From contig JAJFGO010000118.1 in assembly GCA_021776095.1 (NCBI GenBank), forward strand, positions 1,045-65,044: 64,000 nt of DNA, read 5' to 3'. This document shows, in pieces, positions 61,156 to 64,000 of the stretch (within the stretch, counting starts at the first letter, position 1; every line of letters starts with the position of its first letter). Made by a program: the position numbers and the translations under genes. The stretch comes from Kiloniellaceae bacterium (GTDB lineage: Bacteria > Pseudomonadota > Alphaproteobacteria > Kiloniellales > J153). The notes beneath the pieces are model-generated. The model was given only the letters and a program-made list of their open reading frames with translations. It searched no databases and had not been told where the DNA came from.

Positions 61156-61866
61156 TCAGTGATAAAAGCGGATTTCGCGAATGAACGCGGAGGCCCGGCC
61201 GCCATCGTCCGCCTTCTTGGTATCCAGCGCCAATGCTAGGCCGGAGACCGTAGGGTCGTCATCCCGCTCCGCGTCGAAGTAAGTGCGGTAGGCCGCCATG
61301 AGATCGAACCGCGACCTCACCGTTTCATCCATGGCAGGCCTGCCGGTACAAACGTAACGACCGCTCTTCTTGAAGTAGGATCCAACATAGGGGTGGTTTA
61401 ACCGGTCGTCGCCGTGACACAGGAACAGGCCGACGAAAAAGGGGCTGTCCGGAATGAACATTGAGCCGCTCGGTTGGCGCTGGTCGCCCATGAAGACAAT
61501 CACCATAAGCGCTTCGTTGCGAACGCCCTGTTCGTACGACGCGCCCGCCGGGAACCGGCTCACACCCCAATCGATCTCGATATGCGTGAAGTCCGGCACA
61601 TTGACGGCCTCGTTCGGCATGATGCCAAAGGCACGCCGCTTGGCCTCCAGTACTAGGCCACCCGATCCAATATCGAGGTCGATGCGGTCGCGCCGTCTTG
61701 CGTCCTGCTCGAACTGGAAAGCCTTGCCTTGGAGCCAGTCGTCAATCGGTCCCTGCTCGTAATCCGTGAAGCGCACGATATGGACGAGTTTCCCATTGTC
61801 CGCTGAAACCGGTGCGATCGCTGCGAACAGGGAAAAAAGGCCAAGGACGACAATCGCAAACCGCAT
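61156..61866 (-). CDS. Secreted hypothetical protein, possibly DUF3047-like
   Basis: Signal peptide, beta-rich pattern, C-terminal LALDT..ASAFIREIRF. Confidence 0.6.
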   Translation of the reverse strand: MRFAIVVLGLFSLFAAIAPVSADNGKLVHIVRFTDYEQGPIDDWLQGKAFQFEQDARRRDRIDLDIGSGGLVLEAKRRAFGIMPNEAVNVPDFTHIEIDWGVSRFPAGASYEQGVRNEALMVIVFMGDQRQPSGSMFIPDSPFFVGLFLCHGDDRLNHPYVGSYFKKSGRYVCTGRPAMDETVRSRFDLMAAYRTYFDAERDDDPTVSGLALALDTKKADDGGRASAFIREIRFYH

Positions 61867-61987
61867 TGCTTTCCCCACTCAGCTCTTTGCGGCCCTCCGG
61901 ATCACGCTCGAGTTGGGCCTCGTCGAGCGGAAACCGGATATCCAAGGGCCACGATCCAGCGCTGGTCGTAGCGCCATGCTCCGGCCC

Positions 61988-62971
61988 CTACATCCCTTCG
62001 AAAAGACCGGTACTGAGATAGCGCTCGGCGAGCGAGGGCAGGATGGTGACGATGGTTTTGCCGGCCATCTCGGGGCGGGCGCCGAACTCGAGAGCGGCCG
62101 CGGCTGCCGCACCGGAGGAAATGCCGCCGGGCACACCTTCGATTTGGGCCAGGTCGCGGGCGGTGGCGAAGGCGGTATCGTTGCCGATTCGGATCACTTC
62201 GTCGATCAGGCCGGTGTCCAGATTGCCCGGCACGAACCCGGCGCCGATGCCTTGAATCGTGTGCGGGCCGGGCGCCCCGCCGGAGAGAATCGCACTGTCT
62301 TCAGGTTCGACCGCGATCATGCGCAAGCCAGCCTTGCGCGGCTTCAGAACCGAGCCGACCCCGGTCAGGGTGCCGCCGGTACCGACGCCACAAATCACCG
62401 CGTCGACCGCGCCGTCGGTATCGCGCCAGATTTCCTCGGCCGTGGTGCGGCGGTGCACCGCCGGATTGGCCGGGTTCTCGAACTGCTGGGGCATAACCGC
62501 GTCGGACAATTCAGCGACCAGTTCTTCCGCCCTGGCGACCGCACCGCGCATGCCTAGGGCGCCGTCGGTCAGCATCAATTCGGCGCCCAAGAGGCGCAGC
62601 ATCTTGCGCCGCTCAACCGACATGGTATCGGGCATGGTCAGGATCAGGCGATAGCCTTTGGCCGCGCACACGAAGGCCAGCGCGATGCCGGTGTTGCCGC
62701 TGGTCGGTTCCACGATCGCCGTCTCGGGGCCGATTTTGCCGGCCGCTTCCAGCGCTTCGATCATGGCCGCGCCGATGCGGTCCTTGACTGAGGACAGGGG
62801 GTTGAAGAACTCGCATTTGCCCAGAATATCGGCCTTTATGCCCCGGGATTCGCTCAGCCTGCGCAGGCGCACCAAAGGCGTCGTGCCGATGGTCTCCAGG
62901 ATGTTGTCGTAAACCCGGCCGCGGAAATCAGCGGGTGCGGCGGAGGGCGATTGCGGCCCGGTATCGGTCAT
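61988..62971 (-). CDS. cysK: Cysteine synthase A
   Basis: [30 protein letters not shown]. Confidence 0.95.
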   Translation of the reverse strand: MTDTGPQSPSAAPADFRGRVYDNILETIGTTPLVRLRRLSESRGIKADILGKCEFFNPLSSVKDRIGAAMIEALEAAGKIGPETAIVEPTSGNTGIALAFVCAAKGYRLILTMPDTMSVERRKMLRLLGAELMLTDGALGMRGAVARAEELVAELSDAVMPQQFENPANPAVHRRTTAEEIWRDTDGAVDAVICGVGTGGTLTGVGSVLKPRKAGLRMIAVEPEDSAILSGGAPGPHTIQGIGAGFVPGNLDTGLIDEVIRIGNDTAFATARDLAQIEGVPGGISSGAAAAAALEFGARPEMAGKTIVTILPSLAERYLSTGLFEGM

Positions 62972-62989
62972 TTGGCGCACCCTTGCAGT

Positions 62990-63445
62990 CTAAATGCTAA
63001 AATCGGGAACCTGCGCCGCTTCGCTCTCGATATTGCTGGCGCGGGCGCGGGTGCACAATTCCTCGATGGTTAAATCGTCCAGCCGGCCCATCATTTCCTG
63101 CTGCATGCTCAGCCAGATCGGCCGCACGATCTTGACCGCGACCTGGGAGCCGTTGGCCTCCTCGACCGGGTCGCTCGCGCCCTCAACCTCGCGCACGATG
63201 CGCACAATTTCGCCGACCGTGATGCGCCGGCGTTCGCGCGCCAGGCGATAGCCGCCGCGCGGGCCCCGTTGCCCGGCCAGCACGCCGCGGTGCACCAATT
63301 GCTGCAGCACCTGCTCCAGATAGCGGCGCGGGATGCCCTGACGGCGCGAAATATCGCCCGATCGCACCGGCCCGGGGCCGGCATGATAGGCGATGTCGAC
63401 AACGGCCTCGATCGCAAACAGCAATTTTTTAGATAGGCGCAGCAT
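62990..63445 (-). CDS. Rrf2-family regulator, CymR-like (no Cys triad)
   Basis: IPRRYLEQVL, RGPRGGYRLA; C-terminus PDFSI. Confidence 0.9.
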   Translation of the reverse strand: MLRLSKKLLFAIEAVVDIAYHAGPGPVRSGDISRRQGIPRRYLEQVLQQLVHRGVLAGQRGPRGGYRLARERRRITVGEIVRIVREVEGASDPVEEANGSQVAVKIVRPIWLSMQQEMMGRLDDLTIEELCTRARASNIESEAAQVPDFSI

Positions 63446-63449
63446 GAAC

Positions 63450-63929
63450 TCAGGCGCTCTCCGCGCCTTCGCGTTCGCGGTGCAGGCCGGTCGAGCCGAA
63501 GCCGCCCTCACCGCGGACGCTGGGCTGCAACTCTTCGACCGGGTTCAAGGTGACTTGATAGTGAGGCGCGACCACCATCTGGGCGATCCGGCTGCCCCGG
63601 GTCACGGTAAAGGGCTCCGCGCCCAGGTTAATCAAGACAACGCCGACCTCGCCGCGATAATCCGCGTCGATGGTGCCCGGGGCATTGAGCACGCTAATGC
63701 CGTGTTTCAGTGCCAGGCCCGAACGCGGCCGGACTTGCGCCTCGGTTCCGGTCTGCAGGGCGACGGCGATACCGCTGGGGATCAGTTTGCGCTCGCCCGG
63801 TTGAAGCACCACGTCGCCGTCGACCGCCGCCAGCAAGTCCATGCCGGCGCTGTGCTCCGTGGCGTAGGCGGGCAGAGGCAAATCGGCGCCATGGGGCAGG
63901 CGCTTCACGGATACAATGGGGTTGGTCAC
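63450..63929 (-). CDS. dut: dUTPase
   Basis: [35 protein letters not shown]. Confidence 0.97.
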   Translation of the reverse strand: MTNPIVSVKRLPHGADLPLPAYATEHSAGMDLLAAVDGDVVLQPGERKLIPSGIAVALQTGTEAQVRPRSGLALKHGISVLNAPGTIDADYRGEVGVVLINLGAEPFTVTRGSRIAQMVVAPHYQVTLNPVEELQPSVRGEGGFGSTGLHREREGAESA

Positions 63930-64000
63930 GGCTTGGTGCTCTCCGGTGTTTCGGCCAGCGTCTCGGCGATGCGCGCGGCCAGTTTCGCGGCAACTTCGTC
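63926..64000 (-). CDS. coaBC: 3' end of probable CoaBC (partial)
   Basis: [13 protein letters not shown]...* overlapping the dut start; coaBC-dut synteny. Confidence 0.6.
   Translation of the reverse strand, partial: DEVAAKLAARIAETLAETPESTKP

Overview
High-GC alphaproteobacterial chromosome segment, Rhodospirillales/Kiloniellales-like judged from gene order (mucR, irr, olsB) and a CtrA box. I found no rRNA, tRNA, CRISPR array or intact mobile element. From about 18.5 kb onward it is mostly conserved housekeeping: ribA, nifU, tsaB-rimI-mucR-fur-olsB-plsC-miaB-phoH-ybeY-corC-lnt-HTH-metK-trmB-rimP-nusA-infB-rbfA-truB-rpsO-pnp, fabA-fabB-fabI, irr, rubrerythrin-Fe-S oxidoreductase-DUF3501, moeB, cysK, Rrf2, dut and the end of coaBC. 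Two decayed genes (a globin-coupled diguanylate cyclase and an MFS transporter) and a SmtB-type/CDF metal-efflux pair are embedded in this stretch. The first 18.3 kb is the most interesting part. (i) A GcvA-like LysR gene is divergent from a BesD-like Fe/2OG hydroxylase that is translationally coupled to a DddP-like M24 enzyme. (ii) A 15-kb, three-operon locus holds a candidate cyclic-nucleotide circuit (membrane class III cyclase, MBL-fold putative phosphodiesterase, stand-alone cNMP-binding protein) and an ABC exporter with a degenerate, internally repeated NBD. It also holds four glycosyltransferases, a histidine phosphatase, a deacetylase and three methyltransferases. This is my best candidate for an uncharacterised system. 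Also notable: an Rrf2 protein ending in the CysK-binding-type tetrapeptide DFSI directly upstream of cysK, an ICE box linking Irr to the rubrerythrin operon, and a candidate sRNA. All functional calls come from motif recognition by eye; no searches were run, and start codons are my estimates.
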